A DNA stretch of 64,000 nucleotides from an uncultured Eubacteriales bacterium (GTDB taxonomy: Bacteria > Bacillota > Clostridia > Oscillospirales > Acutalibacteraceae), in assembly GCA_900316385.1 (NCBI GenBank), contig ONCP01000004.1, forward strand, positions 96,195 through 160,194, given 5' to 3'. Below the pieces are notes generated by a model. It made no database searches. It saw nothing but the letters and a program-made list of their open reading frames with translations, and was not told the origin of the DNA. A program made the translations under genes and the position numbers. Of the stretch, positions 30,926 through 39,738 are shown piece by piece; position 1 is the first letter of the stretch; each line of letters begins with the position of its first letter.

Positions 30926-31420
30926 TTATTTGGGGTTGCACATTTCACAGTCGGGATCGCCGCAGTCGCAAACCTCGTCCGCAAAAAGGCTTGAAAAGTC
31001 AAATTCAAGTGTGTTGCCGCAGTTGGGACAGTCGATCTCTCCCTCAAGGAGTGTGTCCTCGTCAACAACGATATCGGCTCCGCAGTCGGGACATTTCACC
31101 TCGTAATCGGGATTGTCCTCGTCAAAGAGCTCATCATCGTCGATTTCGTCGTCGTCCTCAAACGCGAAATCCTCCATGACGTTGGCTACCGCCTCGGCGA
31201 ACTCGTCAAAGTCGCCCTCAAGCTCGGATACCTCGTCCTGAAGCTCAACCAGAACGTCGCTGACGTCGTCGACCTCGCACTCAACCTCGTTGAGCTCCTG
31301 AGCCATATTGGAAACAAGCGAAAGGAGCTCGTTGATAACCTTTACCTCGGGCTTTGAGCTGTCAAGATCAAGTCCCTCGGCTAAGCCCTTTAAATAAGCG
31401 GCTCTTTCGTTAATTGTCAT
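30926..31420 (-). CDS. CD1247-family acidic zinc-ribbon protein
   Basis: AYLKGLAEGL N-terminus, CPDC...CPNC ribbon, extra CDCGDPDCEMC tail. Confidence 0.8.
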   Translation of the reverse strand: MTINERAAYLKGLAEGLDLDSSKPEVKVINELLSLVSNMAQELNEVECEVDDVSDVLVELQDEVSELEGDFDEFAEAVANVMEDFAFEDDDEIDDDELFDEDNPDYEVKCPDCGADIVVDEDTLLEGEIDCPNCGNTLEFDFSSLFADEVCDCGDPDCEMCNPK

Positions 31421-31429
31421 AAAATCACC

Positions 31430-31987
31430 TTACGCTCTGCCGAGATACTCGCCTGTACGGGTATCGATCTGGATAACCTCTCCCTCGTTGATGAAGAGCG
31501 GAACCTTGACCTCGGCGCCTGTCTCAACAGTAGCGGGCTTTGTAGCGTTGGTAGCTGTGTTGCCTGCAAAGCCGGGATCGGTCTTTGTTACCTCAAGCTC
31601 TACAAAGTTGGGCGGCTCTACGCCGAATACATTGCCCTTGTAGGAGAGGATCTTGCAAACCATATTTTCCTTGACGAACTTGAAGTTGTCGCCGAGAACC
31701 GAAGCGTTGATGGGAAGCTGCTCCCATGTTTCGGTGTCCATAAAGTAATAGAGCTCGCCGTCGTTATAGCTGTACTCCATATCCTTTCTCTCGATATAAG
31801 CGGTGGGATACTTGTCGTTAGGGTTGAAAGTCTTTTCAACAACCGCGCCGGTAATAACATTTCTGATTTTTGTTCTTACGAAAGCGGCTCCCTTGCCGGG
31901 TTTAACGTGCTGGAACTCGATAATAGAAACAACCTGACCGTCCATTTCGAAAGTTACGCCGTTTCTGAAATCACCTGCAGAAATCAT
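31430..31987 (-). CDS. efp: Elongation factor P
   Basis: [27 protein letters not shown]. Confidence 0.98.
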   Translation of the reverse strand: MISAGDFRNGVTFEMDGQVVSIIEFQHVKPGKGAAFVRTKIRNVITGAVVEKTFNPNDKYPTAYIERKDMEYSYNDGELYYFMDTETWEQLPINASVLGDNFKFVKENMVCKILSYKGNVFGVEPPNFVELEVTKTDPGFAGNTATNATKPATVETGAEVKVPLFINEGEVIQIDTRTGEYLGRA

Positions 31988-32040
31988 AATTTAACCTCCT
32001 AAAATTACATATTAAATGACATTAATATTCATTATAAAAC

Positions 32041-32069
32041 ATTATACATAAAAACGCCGAAAAATGCAA
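32041..32069 (-). promoter_or_regulatory. Sigma-A promoter for efp
   Basis: TTGCAT-N17-TATAAT. Confidence 0.75.
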
Positions 32070-32072
32070 GTA

Positions 32073-33161
32073 TTATACAATAATTAGTTCCTTGGGCAAG
32101 GAAGCGAAATTATAAAAGCCGTTTTCCTTGACGAGAACCATATCCTCGATCCTAACGCCGAATTTACCCTCAAGGTAAATTCCCGGCTCGACGGTGATCA
32201 CCATATTTTCGGAAAGGATAGCCTCTCCCCTTGTGCTGACATACGGTTCCTCGTGGATATAAAGCCCTACGCCGTGACCCGTTGAATGCCCGAACTGCTC
32301 GCCGTAGCCCGCTTCCTTGATGATATCTCTGGCGATCTTATCGATATCAAAGGCTTTTACTCCGGCTTTTACGGCGTTGAGCGCGGTGGTCTGTGCCTTA
32401 TAAACGATATTATAAATCTCTCTCTGATATTCCGAACAGGATCTCACGGCTACGGTACGCGTCATATCGCTGTGGTATCCGTTATAAAGCGCGCCGATAT
32501 CCATAGTAAAGAAATCGCCGTCGGCAATGATCCCGTCCGACGGAACGCCGTGCGGAAGCGAGGTCTTTTTGCCTGTTATCGTGATGAGATCGAATGAAAC
32601 GTGGCTCGCGCCGTACTGCTTCATCAGATATTCCAGCTCGAGAGCGATCTTTCTTTCACAAACGCCGGGCTTAACGTAATTGAGAACCTCGGTGTATGCT
32701 TTTTCCGTGATCCTCTGAGCTTCGGCGATATTCTCTATCTCGTCCTCGCTTTTGATAAGTCTGAGGTTTGCGATTGAGCGGCTTAAAACGTTATCGGTGT
32801 TTATTTTGATATTGTATTTCTCAAAATAGTCCTTATATGAGTTGTACGAGCTGAAGGAAACATCCTCGTTTTCGATATAAAGCGTGCTTGCGTTGTGTTT
32901 TTTTAACAAGCCGCCTATATCCTCAAGCATATTCTTAAATTCAAATACGACGCAGGATTTGCAGTTGTTTCTTGCGGTTTCCGAATAGCGGAAGTCTACA
33001 AGCAGATAAACCTCGTCCCTGAACAAAAGGATTTTACCCTCGCTGTTCGGGATTCCCGAAAAATAATATACATTTGTTTCGTTTGAGATCAGCGCGGCTT
33101 GATCGCTGTCCTTGAGAACGGCTCTGAGGGCGCTGATCCTTTTTTCCTGAATATTCATCAA
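32073..33161 (-). CDS. Xaa-Pro aminopeptidase (M24B)
   Basis: YHSDMTRT, HSTGHGVGL..HEEP, TVEPGIY, GVRIED. Confidence 0.92.
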   Translation of the reverse strand: MMNIQEKRISALRAVLKDSDQAALISNETNVYYFSGIPNSEGKILLFRDEVYLLVDFRYSETARNNCKSCVVFEFKNMLEDIGGLLKKHNASTLYIENEDVSFSSYNSYKDYFEKYNIKINTDNVLSRSIANLRLIKSEDEIENIAEAQRITEKAYTEVLNYVKPGVCERKIALELEYLMKQYGASHVSFDLITITGKKTSLPHGVPSDGIIADGDFFTMDIGALYNGYHSDMTRTVAVRSCSEYQREIYNIVYKAQTTALNAVKAGVKAFDIDKIARDIIKEAGYGEQFGHSTGHGVGLYIHEEPYVSTRGEAILSENMVITVEPGIYLEGKFGVRIEDMVLVKENGFYNFASLPKELIIV

Positions 33162-33589
33162 ATCAATTCCTTTAAAGCGTTGATCGCGAGAAAATAGCTG
33201 AATTTACCGAAGCCCGCAATCTGTCCGACGCAGACGGGAGCAATAACAGAAGTGTGGCGGAATTCCTCTCTGGAGTGTATGTTAGACATATGGACCTCAA
33301 CAAAAGGAATATTAACGCTCGCTATCGCGTCGCGAAGCGCGTAGCTGTAATGAGTGAGCGCGCCCGCGTTGATGATGACTCCGTCAAATTCGCCGAGGGC
33401 GGAGTGGATCTTGTCGATCAGGTCTCCCTCGTGATTGGACTGAAAAACCTCGGACTCAAAACCCGATTCGGCGGCTTTATTAACTATTTCGGCTGAAATG
33501 CTGTCGGCATTTTCCTCGCCGTAGATTCCTTTTTCTCTTATTCCGACCATATTGAGGTTGGGACCGAGAATGATAAGTATTTTTTTCAT
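33158..33589 (-). CDS. aroQ: Type II 3-dehydroquinate dehydratase
   Basis: GPNLNMVGIRE..IYG, INAGALTHYS, EVHMSNIHSRE. Confidence 0.96.
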   Translation of the reverse strand: MKKILIILGPNLNMVGIREKGIYGEENADSISAEIVNKAAESGFESEVFQSNHEGDLIDKIHSALGEFDGVIINAGALTHYSYALRDAIASVNIPFVEVHMSNIHSREEFRHTSVIAPVCVGQIAGFGKFSYFLAINALKELI

Positions 33590-33610
33590 AAGCTTTTCTC
33601 CTGAAATAAT

Positions 33611-33637
33611 AAAGCGGACAGAGGTCCTGTCCGCTTT
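33611..33637 (-). terminator. Intrinsic terminator after rpsU
   Basis: aaagcggacag-5nt-ctgtccgcttt perfect 11-bp stem. Confidence 0.75.
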
Positions 33638-33642
33638 AAAGA

Positions 33643-33819
33643 TTACCTATATTTGCGTTTACGAGCTGCTTCGGACTTTTTCTTACGCTTTACGGAAGGC
33701 TTTTCATACGCTTCTCTCTTGCGAACCTCAGCAATTACGCCAGCTCTGGCACACTGTTTTTTGAATCTCCTTAATGCGCTTTCAAGAGATTCATTTTCTT
33801 TAAGTCTTACCTCTGACAT
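33643..33819 (-). CDS. rpsU: 30S ribosomal protein S21 (absent from the ORF track, 58 aa)
   Basis: Manual translation [58 protein letters not shown]; GGGAGGG RBS. Confidence 0.97.
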   Translation of the reverse strand: MSEVRLKENESLESALRRFKKQCARAGVIAEVRKREAYEKPSVKRKKKSEAARKRKYR

Positions 33820-33873
33820 TGTCTATATCCCTCCCATCTTAAATGGGTAATTTTGCAAATTACTGCATTAGTT

Positions 33874-33903
33874 ATTATACAACAAGTAGACATAAAATGT
33901 CAA
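33874..33903 (-). promoter_or_regulatory. Sigma-A promoter for rpsU
   Basis: TTGACA-N18-TATAAT. Confidence 0.75.
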
Positions 33904-33939
33904 GACCTATCGAAAAATTAGTTAAAAAACGCTAATTCA

Positions 33940-36351
33940 TTATTTTACGACTATATTGACAATACGTCCCTTGACGTAGATTTCCTTAACAATATTCTTG
34001 CCGTCAACGGCTTTTTTGACGTTTTCATCGGCTTTTGCGAGCGCGAGGACTTCATCCTGTCCCGCGTCAACGGCGATATTAAGCTTTGTCTTTATCCTTC
34101 CGTTGACCTGTACGGCGATCTCGATAGTTTCCTCAACGCATTTGCTCTCGTCATATTCGGGCCAGCTCTGCTCGGCTACGATTCCCTCGCCGAGCTTGCA
34201 AGCGTCCCATACCTCCTCGGTAACGTGAGGAGCAAAGGGATTGAGAAGGATCGAGAATATCGCGAGCTCCTTCTTAGAGATCGAGCCGAAGGCGGTAACG
34301 TCGTTGATAAGCGACATAAGAGCCGCGATAGCCGTGTTGAACTTGATGTTCTCAATATCGTCGCCTACCTTCTTGATCGCCTTGTTGAACGCGCTCTCGA
34401 GCTCGGGACGAATAAAGTCGCCGTCAGTGAGGATAGTCTGAAGGTTGTAGAAACGTTCAATAAATCTGCGGCAGCCTCTGATGCTTGAAGGGCTCCAGGG
34501 AGCGGCCTTCTCGAAGTCGCCGATGAACATCTCGTAAAGACGCATTGTGTCCGCGCCGTACTCGTTGACGATATCGTCGGGGTTAACTACGTTGCCTCTG
34601 GACTTTGACATCTTCTCGCCGTTTTCGCCGAGTATCATTCCGTGGCTTGTTCTCTTGGCGTAAGGCTCGACTGTCGGCACAACGCCGATATCATAGAGGA
34701 ACTTGTGCCAGAAACGGCTGTAAAGCAGGTGAAGCGTGGTGTGCTCCATTCCGCCGTTATACCAGTCAACGGGCGACCAGTATTTCAAAGCTTCCTTGGA
34801 AGCGAGAGCCTCATTGTTGTGAGGATCCATATATCTGAGGAAGTACCACGAGGAGCCTGCCCACTGAGGCATTGTGTCGGTTTCTCTCACTGCCTTGCCG
34901 CCGCAGCAGGGACAGGTCGTGTTGATCCAGTCGGTCATCTTTGCGAGCGGAGATTCGCCCGTGTCTGTCGGCTCGTACGAATCGACCATCGGAAGCTTGA
35001 GCGGAAGCTCGCTTTCGTCGATCGGGACATAGCCGCACTTGTCGCAGTGTACGATCGGGATAGGCTCGCCCCAGTAACGCTGACGGGAGAATACCCAGTC
35101 GCGAAGCTTATAGTTGACCTTGGCTCTGCCGATGTTGTTCTCCTCAAGCCAAGAAATCATCTTAGCCTTCGCGTCCTCAACGGAAAGACCCGAGATGAAG
35201 CCCGAATTGACAAGCACGCCCGTGGCGCAGTCCGTGAAGGCTTCCTCCTGAACGTCCTTTCCGCCCTTTACGACCTCAATGATCGGGAGATCGAATTTCT
35301 TGGCAAACTCCCAGTCGCGGGTATCGTGAGCGGGTACCGCCATAATAGCGCCAGTTCCGTAGGAAACTAGTACATAGTCGGAAACAAAGATCGGGATACG
35401 CGTATCGTTAACGGGGTTGATCGCTTCAACACCTCTCAGGCGGATACCTGTCTTGTCCTTTGCGACCTCGGTGCGCTCAAAGTCGGATTTCTTTGACGCC
35501 TGGAGCTGATACTCTCTGATCTCGTCGATATTCTCGAGCTTGTCAGCCCATTTCTCAATGAGAGGATGCTCGGGAGAAATAACCATATATGTAGCGCCGA
35601 AAAGCGTATCACAGCGTGTTGTGTAAACGGTGAGCGTGTCGCCCGTGCTTGTTTTGAAGTCGACCTCTGCGCCTGTGGAACGACCGATCCAGTTCTTCTG
35701 CTGAGCCTTTACTCTGGGCGGATAGTCAACAAGGTCAAGATCGTTGATGAGTCTGTCGGCGTAGGCTGTGATTTTGAGCATCCACTGTGATTTTACCTTG
35801 TGGATAACCTCGCTTCCGCAACGCTCGCAAACGCCGTTGACTACCTCCTCGTTAGCGAGAACGCACTTACACGAGGTACACCAGTTGACGTTCATTTCCT
35901 TTTTATAGGCTAAATCCTTTTTAAAGAGCTGGAGGAAAATCCACTGCGTCCACTTGTAATAATCGGGGTCTGTCGTGTTGATCTCGCGGCTCCAGTCAAA
36001 GGAAATACCGAGCGACTGGATCTGCTTTTTAAAGCGGGCGATGTTCTGCTTTGTAACGATCTCGGGATGGATGTGGTTCTTGATCGCGTAGTTCTCGGTC
36101 GGAAGTCCGAACGCGTCCCATCCGATCGGATAGAGTACATTGTAGCCCTTTAATCTTCTTTTACGCGCTACCGTATCGAGCGCGGTGTAAGGACGGGGAT
36201 GTCCTACGTGCAAGCCCTGACCCGAGGGGTACGGGAACTCGATAAGAGCGTAGAACTTCTCCTTTGAGGTATCCTCGGAGGCGTGGAATACTCCCTTGTC
36301 CTCCCATACCTTCTGCCATTTAGGTTCGACGGATTTATGATTATACTTCAT
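33940..36351 (-). CDS. leuS: Leucyl-tRNA synthetase
   Basis: [35 protein letters not shown]. Confidence 0.97.
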   Translation of the reverse strand: MKYNHKSVEPKWQKVWEDKGVFHASEDTSKEKFYALIEFPYPSGQGLHVGHPRPYTALDTVARKRRLKGYNVLYPIGWDAFGLPTENYAIKNHIHPEIVTKQNIARFKKQIQSLGISFDWSREINTTDPDYYKWTQWIFLQLFKKDLAYKKEMNVNWCTSCKCVLANEEVVNGVCERCGSEVIHKVKSQWMLKITAYADRLINDLDLVDYPPRVKAQQKNWIGRSTGAEVDFKTSTGDTLTVYTTRCDTLFGATYMVISPEHPLIEKWADKLENIDEIREYQLQASKKSDFERTEVAKDKTGIRLRGVEAINPVNDTRIPIFVSDYVLVSYGTGAIMAVPAHDTRDWEFAKKFDLPIIEVVKGGKDVQEEAFTDCATGVLVNSGFISGLSVEDAKAKMISWLEENNIGRAKVNYKLRDWVFSRQRYWGEPIPIVHCDKCGYVPIDESELPLKLPMVDSYEPTDTGESPLAKMTDWINTTCPCCGGKAVRETDTMPQWAGSSWYFLRYMDPHNNEALASKEALKYWSPVDWYNGGMEHTTLHLLYSRFWHKFLYDIGVVPTVEPYAKRTSHGMILGENGEKMSKSRGNVVNPDDIVNEYGADTMRLYEMFIGDFEKAAPWSPSSIRGCRRFIERFYNLQTILTDGDFIRPELESAFNKAIKKVGDDIENIKFNTAIAALMSLINDVTAFGSISKKELAIFSILLNPFAPHVTEEVWDACKLGEGIVAEQSWPEYDESKCVEETIEIAVQVNGRIKTKLNIAVDAGQDEVLALAKADENVKKAVDGKNIVKEIYVKGRIVNIVVK

Positions 36352-36367
36352 TTTACCCTCCACAAAA

Positions 36368-36721
36368 TTATTCTAATATATCCGATAAATCTACTTCCTT
36401 GCCATCCTGCCAAAGGCGTTCAAGGTCGTAGAATTCTCTTGCTTCTTCACTGAAAACATTTACGATAATGTCAACATAGTCAAGGAGTATCCAGCTGTTT
36501 GAGCGGTGTCCCTCGATGTGGTTGACCTCTACCCCGTTTTCGGTCATCTGATACTCAACCTCGTCGGCGAGCGCCTTTACCTGAGTTGAGTTTCTGCCCG
36601 TCGCTATAACCATATAATCGGCTAGGACGGTCACATCGGTGATCTCTATCACCTTGATATCAAGCCCGAGCTTGCTGTCGAGCGCTTTTGCGATTACTAC
36701 CGCCTGTTCAAAGGTTGTCAT
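36368..36721 (-). CDS. rsfS: Ribosome silencing factor
   Basis: [24 protein letters not shown]. Confidence 0.95.
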   Translation of the reverse strand: MTTFEQAVVIAKALDSKLGLDIKVIEITDVTVLADYMVIATGRNSTQVKALADEVEYQMTENGVEVNHIEGHRSNSWILLDYVDIIVNVFSEEAREFYDLERLWQDGKEVDLSDILE

Positions 36722-36738
36722 ACTGATCCTTCTTTCTT

Positions 36739-37326
36739 TCAAAGCTTTGCTTTAGTAAGATTTGTCATTTTGTCAAGAATATCATTATAGCAGTCAATAG
36801 CGTCCCTGTGGATAGGCAGACGCTTGTCGGCGAGATTGGATATCGTAAAGCTCAGGCCGAAGAGCATCGCGTCCTCAAGATCGTTAAACGCTTTCTCGCG
36901 CATTATCTCAACATCATTATAATCTCTTTCATCACTGATAAAATCAGCGGTAAAAATGATTTTTTCCAGCAGCGACATATCGGCGCGACCCGTTGTGTGG
37001 TACCTTATGGCGTTGATAATGTCGTCATCGTCGATATTGAGCGTTTGCTTTGCGTATACACTGCCCGCGATCGCGTGCCATAGCTTTGACGAAGCTTTTT
37101 CCGTAGCGTCGAGTATTATACCACCGTCTGAGATAATTTGCAACATCTCATCCTTTGGAATTTCCTTGCAGGAATCGTGAAGAATGCCCGCAAGCCTCGC
37201 TTTTTCTTTGTCCGCGCCGTAACGCTCGGCAAGCGCGACAGCGGCATCGGAGACGTTAACACTGTGAATAAAACGTCTCTCGCCCATTCTGCCCTTAATT
37301 AGTTGAACGTAATAATCAAATTCCAT
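36739..37326 (-). CDS. yqeK: YqeK HD-domain Ap4A hydrolase
   Basis: RFIHS, LHDSCKE, RYHTTG, ADF; nadD-yqeK-rsfS synteny. Confidence 0.92.
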   Translation of the reverse strand: MEFDYYVQLIKGRMGERRFIHSVNVSDAAVALAERYGADKEKARLAGILHDSCKEIPKDEMLQIISDGGIILDATEKASSKLWHAIAGSVYAKQTLNIDDDDIINAIRYHTTGRADMSLLEKIIFTADFISDERDYNDVEIMREKAFNDLEDAMLFGLSFTISNLADKRLPIHRDAIDCYNDILDKMTNLTKAKL

Positions 37327-37912
37327 ACAAACACTCGTTCTTTATAAATTCAAGCACCTTTGGCGCGATAAGTGAACCGACTTCATCGCCTGATCTGAGC
37401 TTGTTTCTGATTTCGGTGGAGCTGATGTCGTACACGGGCTTATCAAGAAGATAAGAAACACAGCCTCTTTCGGAAAGAAGCTTTTTCTGAGAAATCAGAT
37501 CGTAATCTCCGCCGTTACGCGGAACAACGATTATTTTGGCGAGTTTGAAAATCTCGTCGGGATTCTTCCAGTTTTGAAGCGTCATATACATATCTGCGCC
37601 GACTATGAGGAAAAGCTCGTCGTCGGGATATGATTCTTTAAGAGAATTAAGAGTTAAATATGTAAAGCTCTTTCCCTCTCGTTTGATCTCAAGGTCGGAA
37701 ACCTCTGCTTTTTCGGTATTCTCAAAATTAAGTCTGCACATCTCAAGCCTCAGCTCAGCGTCGGCAAACTCGGAATTATCCTTTAAGGGAGTTGAGTAGG
37801 TCGGCATAATAATTACCCTGTCAAGAGAAAGATCGTTAACGACCTTTTCAACAAGCTTCAAATGCCCGAGATGAGGCGGATTGAAGCTTCCGCCGAACAT
37901 AGCTGTTTTCAT
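37316..37912 (-). CDS. nadD: Nicotinate-nucleotide adenylyltransferase
   Basis: GGSFNPPHLGH, ISSTEIR. Confidence 0.95.
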   Translation of the reverse strand: MKTAMFGGSFNPPHLGHLKLVEKVVNDLSLDRVIIMPTYSTPLKDNSEFADAELRLEMCRLNFENTEKAEVSDLEIKREGKSFTYLTLNSLKESYPDDELFLIVGADMYMTLQNWKNPDEIFKLAKIIVVPRNGGDYDLISQKKLLSERGCVSYLLDKPVYDISSTEIRNKLRSGDEVGSLIAPKVLEFIKNECLYGI

Positions 37913-38211
37913 TTCTTTGACTTCGGGAGCTTGATCACGGGCTCATCGGGGTTCGGTCTGTAAAGCACGAACTTGGAGCCGATCACCTGAACGACGTCCG
38001 AGGCGGTAGCGTCGGCGATCAGATCGGCAGCTTCGCGTGAGGTCAAAGGGCTGTTCTCAAGACATTTGCCCTTGATAAGCTCTCTGGCGGTGAGAGCGTC
38101 GTCCGCCTGCTTGATGATCTGATCGGTCATTCCGCCCTTTCCGACGTGAACGATCGTATCGATAGTATTTGCTAAAGAGCGAAGATAAGCTCTCTGTTTA
38201 CTGGTTAACAT
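37909..38211 (-). CDS. yhbY: YhbY/CRM-domain RNA-binding protein
   Basis: LTSKQRAYLRSLA, ELIK, QVIG..VLYR. Confidence 0.93.
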   Translation of the reverse strand: MLTSKQRAYLRSLANTIDTIVHVGKGGMTDQIIKQADDALTARELIKGKCLENSPLTSREAADLIADATASDVVQVIGSKFVLYRPNPDEPVIKLPKSKK

Positions 38212-38800
38212 TATTTTCCTCCAGATATTTTTTTAACTCTTTTTCCATCATTCTGAGCGCGATCCCTCTGTGGCTGACCTTGTCCTTTTCCTCGTCGGGA
38301 AAATTACCGAAGGACTTGCCCTCGTAAAGGAAGATCGGATCGTAGCCGAAGCCGTGTTCTCCGTCGGGCTCGGTAGCTATTTCGCCGAAGCATTTGCCCT
38401 CGACACTGATGCTGTCCCCGTTAGGAAACACGCAGGTGATAGCGCATGTGTAGTGAGCGCCGCGCTCGGAAACACCGTCAAGCTTTTTGAGCAGAAGATC
38501 GTTTCTGTCGGTGTCGGTCGCTTCCTCGCCCGCGAATCTTGCGGAATATATCCCCGGAGCGCCGTCAAGGTGATCGACGCAAATACCCGAATCGTCAGCG
38601 ATCGCAGGCAGGCCTGTTTTCTTGCACGCCGCCTCGGCTTTAATGTATGAGTTTTCCTTGAAGGTCGAGCCGTTTTCCTCAACGTCTCCGAGACTGATCC
38701 CCGCTTCCTTCTGAGAAACGGCGTTGATCCCGAGCGGAGCGAGAATACGCTCAAGCTCGACAAGCTTTTTTGCGTTGTTAGTAGCGATAATAAACTTCAT
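38198..38800 (-). CDS. rdgB: Non-canonical purine NTP pyrophosphatase (Ham1)
   Basis: ATNN..K, ADDSG, FGYDPIF, SHRG. Confidence 0.95.
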   Translation of the reverse strand: MKFIIATNNAKKLVELERILAPLGINAVSQKEAGISLGDVEENGSTFKENSYIKAEAACKKTGLPAIADDSGICVDHLDGAPGIYSARFAGEEATDTDRNDLLLKKLDGVSERGAHYTCAITCVFPNGDSISVEGKCFGEIATEPDGEHGFGYDPIFLYEGKSFGNFPDEEKDKVSHRGIALRMMEKELKKYLEENNVNQ

Positions 38801-38809
38801 ATTCTTTCC

Positions 38810-39721
38810 TTAGCTGAAATCAAATAACGCCTTTGAGAATTCCTCTGGGTCAAAGGGCTGTAAATCGTCGATCTGCTCGCCAACGCCGATAAATTTTACG
38901 GGAACGTCGAGCGAATTCTTGATAGCGAGCACAATTCCGCCCTTTGCGGTACCGTCGAGCTTTGTAAGCACGATGCCTGTGATGCCCGTGGCTTCCTTAA
39001 AGTGCTCGACCTGAGATACGGCATTCTGACCTGTTGTGGCGTCGAGCACAAGGAGTATCTCCTTGTCGGCGTCGGGAAGCTCACGGTCGATGATTCTGTT
39101 GATCTTCGCGAGCTCGTCCATAAGATGCTTTTTGTTGTGAAGTCTGCCTGCCGTGTCCGCGATAATAACGTCGGCGCCTCTCGCCTTCGCGGCGGAGATC
39201 GCGTCAAATACTACGGCCGCGGGGTCGCTGCCCTCTTTTTGCTTTATAATGTCGCATTTGCTTCTGTCAGCCCAGATCTGGAGCTGATCGATCGCGGCGG
39301 CGCGGAAGGTATCGGCAGCCGCGAGCAGAACCTTTTTGCCTTCGTTTCTGAAACGGTTAGCCATTTTTCCGATAGTAGTGGTTTTGCCTACGCCGTTAAC
39401 ACCGATCACGAGAATGACCGACGGCTTTGTATTGAGAGTAAGCTCCTGACCGCCCGTGAGCATTTCGGCTACGACCTGCTGAAGCAGATTATGTATCTCG
39501 TTTGGGTCGGTAGTGCCTGTTTCCTTGACCTTTACTCGCAGCTTGTCGCAGATCTCCTCGGCGGTCGCCATTCCGACGTCGCCCATAACAAGAAGCTCCT
39601 CAAGCTCCTCAAAAAGCTCCTCGTCTATCTTGGTGAAGGACTTGAGCATTGAGTCGATCTGACCGACTACGGCGTCCCTGGTCTTTTTTAAGCCTTCTTT
39701 GATTTTACTGAAAAGTCCCAT
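38810..39721 (-). CDS. ftsY: Signal recognition particle receptor
   Basis: GVNGVGKTTT, DTAGR, TKLDGTAKGG. Confidence 0.97.
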   Translation of the reverse strand: MGLFSKIKEGLKKTRDAVVGQIDSMLKSFTKIDEELFEELEELLVMGDVGMATAEEICDKLRVKVKETGTTDPNEIHNLLQQVVAEMLTGGQELTLNTKPSVILVIGVNGVGKTTTIGKMANRFRNEGKKVLLAAADTFRAAAIDQLQIWADRSKCDIIKQKEGSDPAAVVFDAISAAKARGADVIIADTAGRLHNKKHLMDELAKINRIIDRELPDADKEILLVLDATTGQNAVSQVEHFKEATGITGIVLTKLDGTAKGGIVLAIKNSLDVPVKFIGVGEQIDDLQPFDPEEFSKALFDFS

Positions 39722-39738
39722 AAATTTCTTCCTTTATT

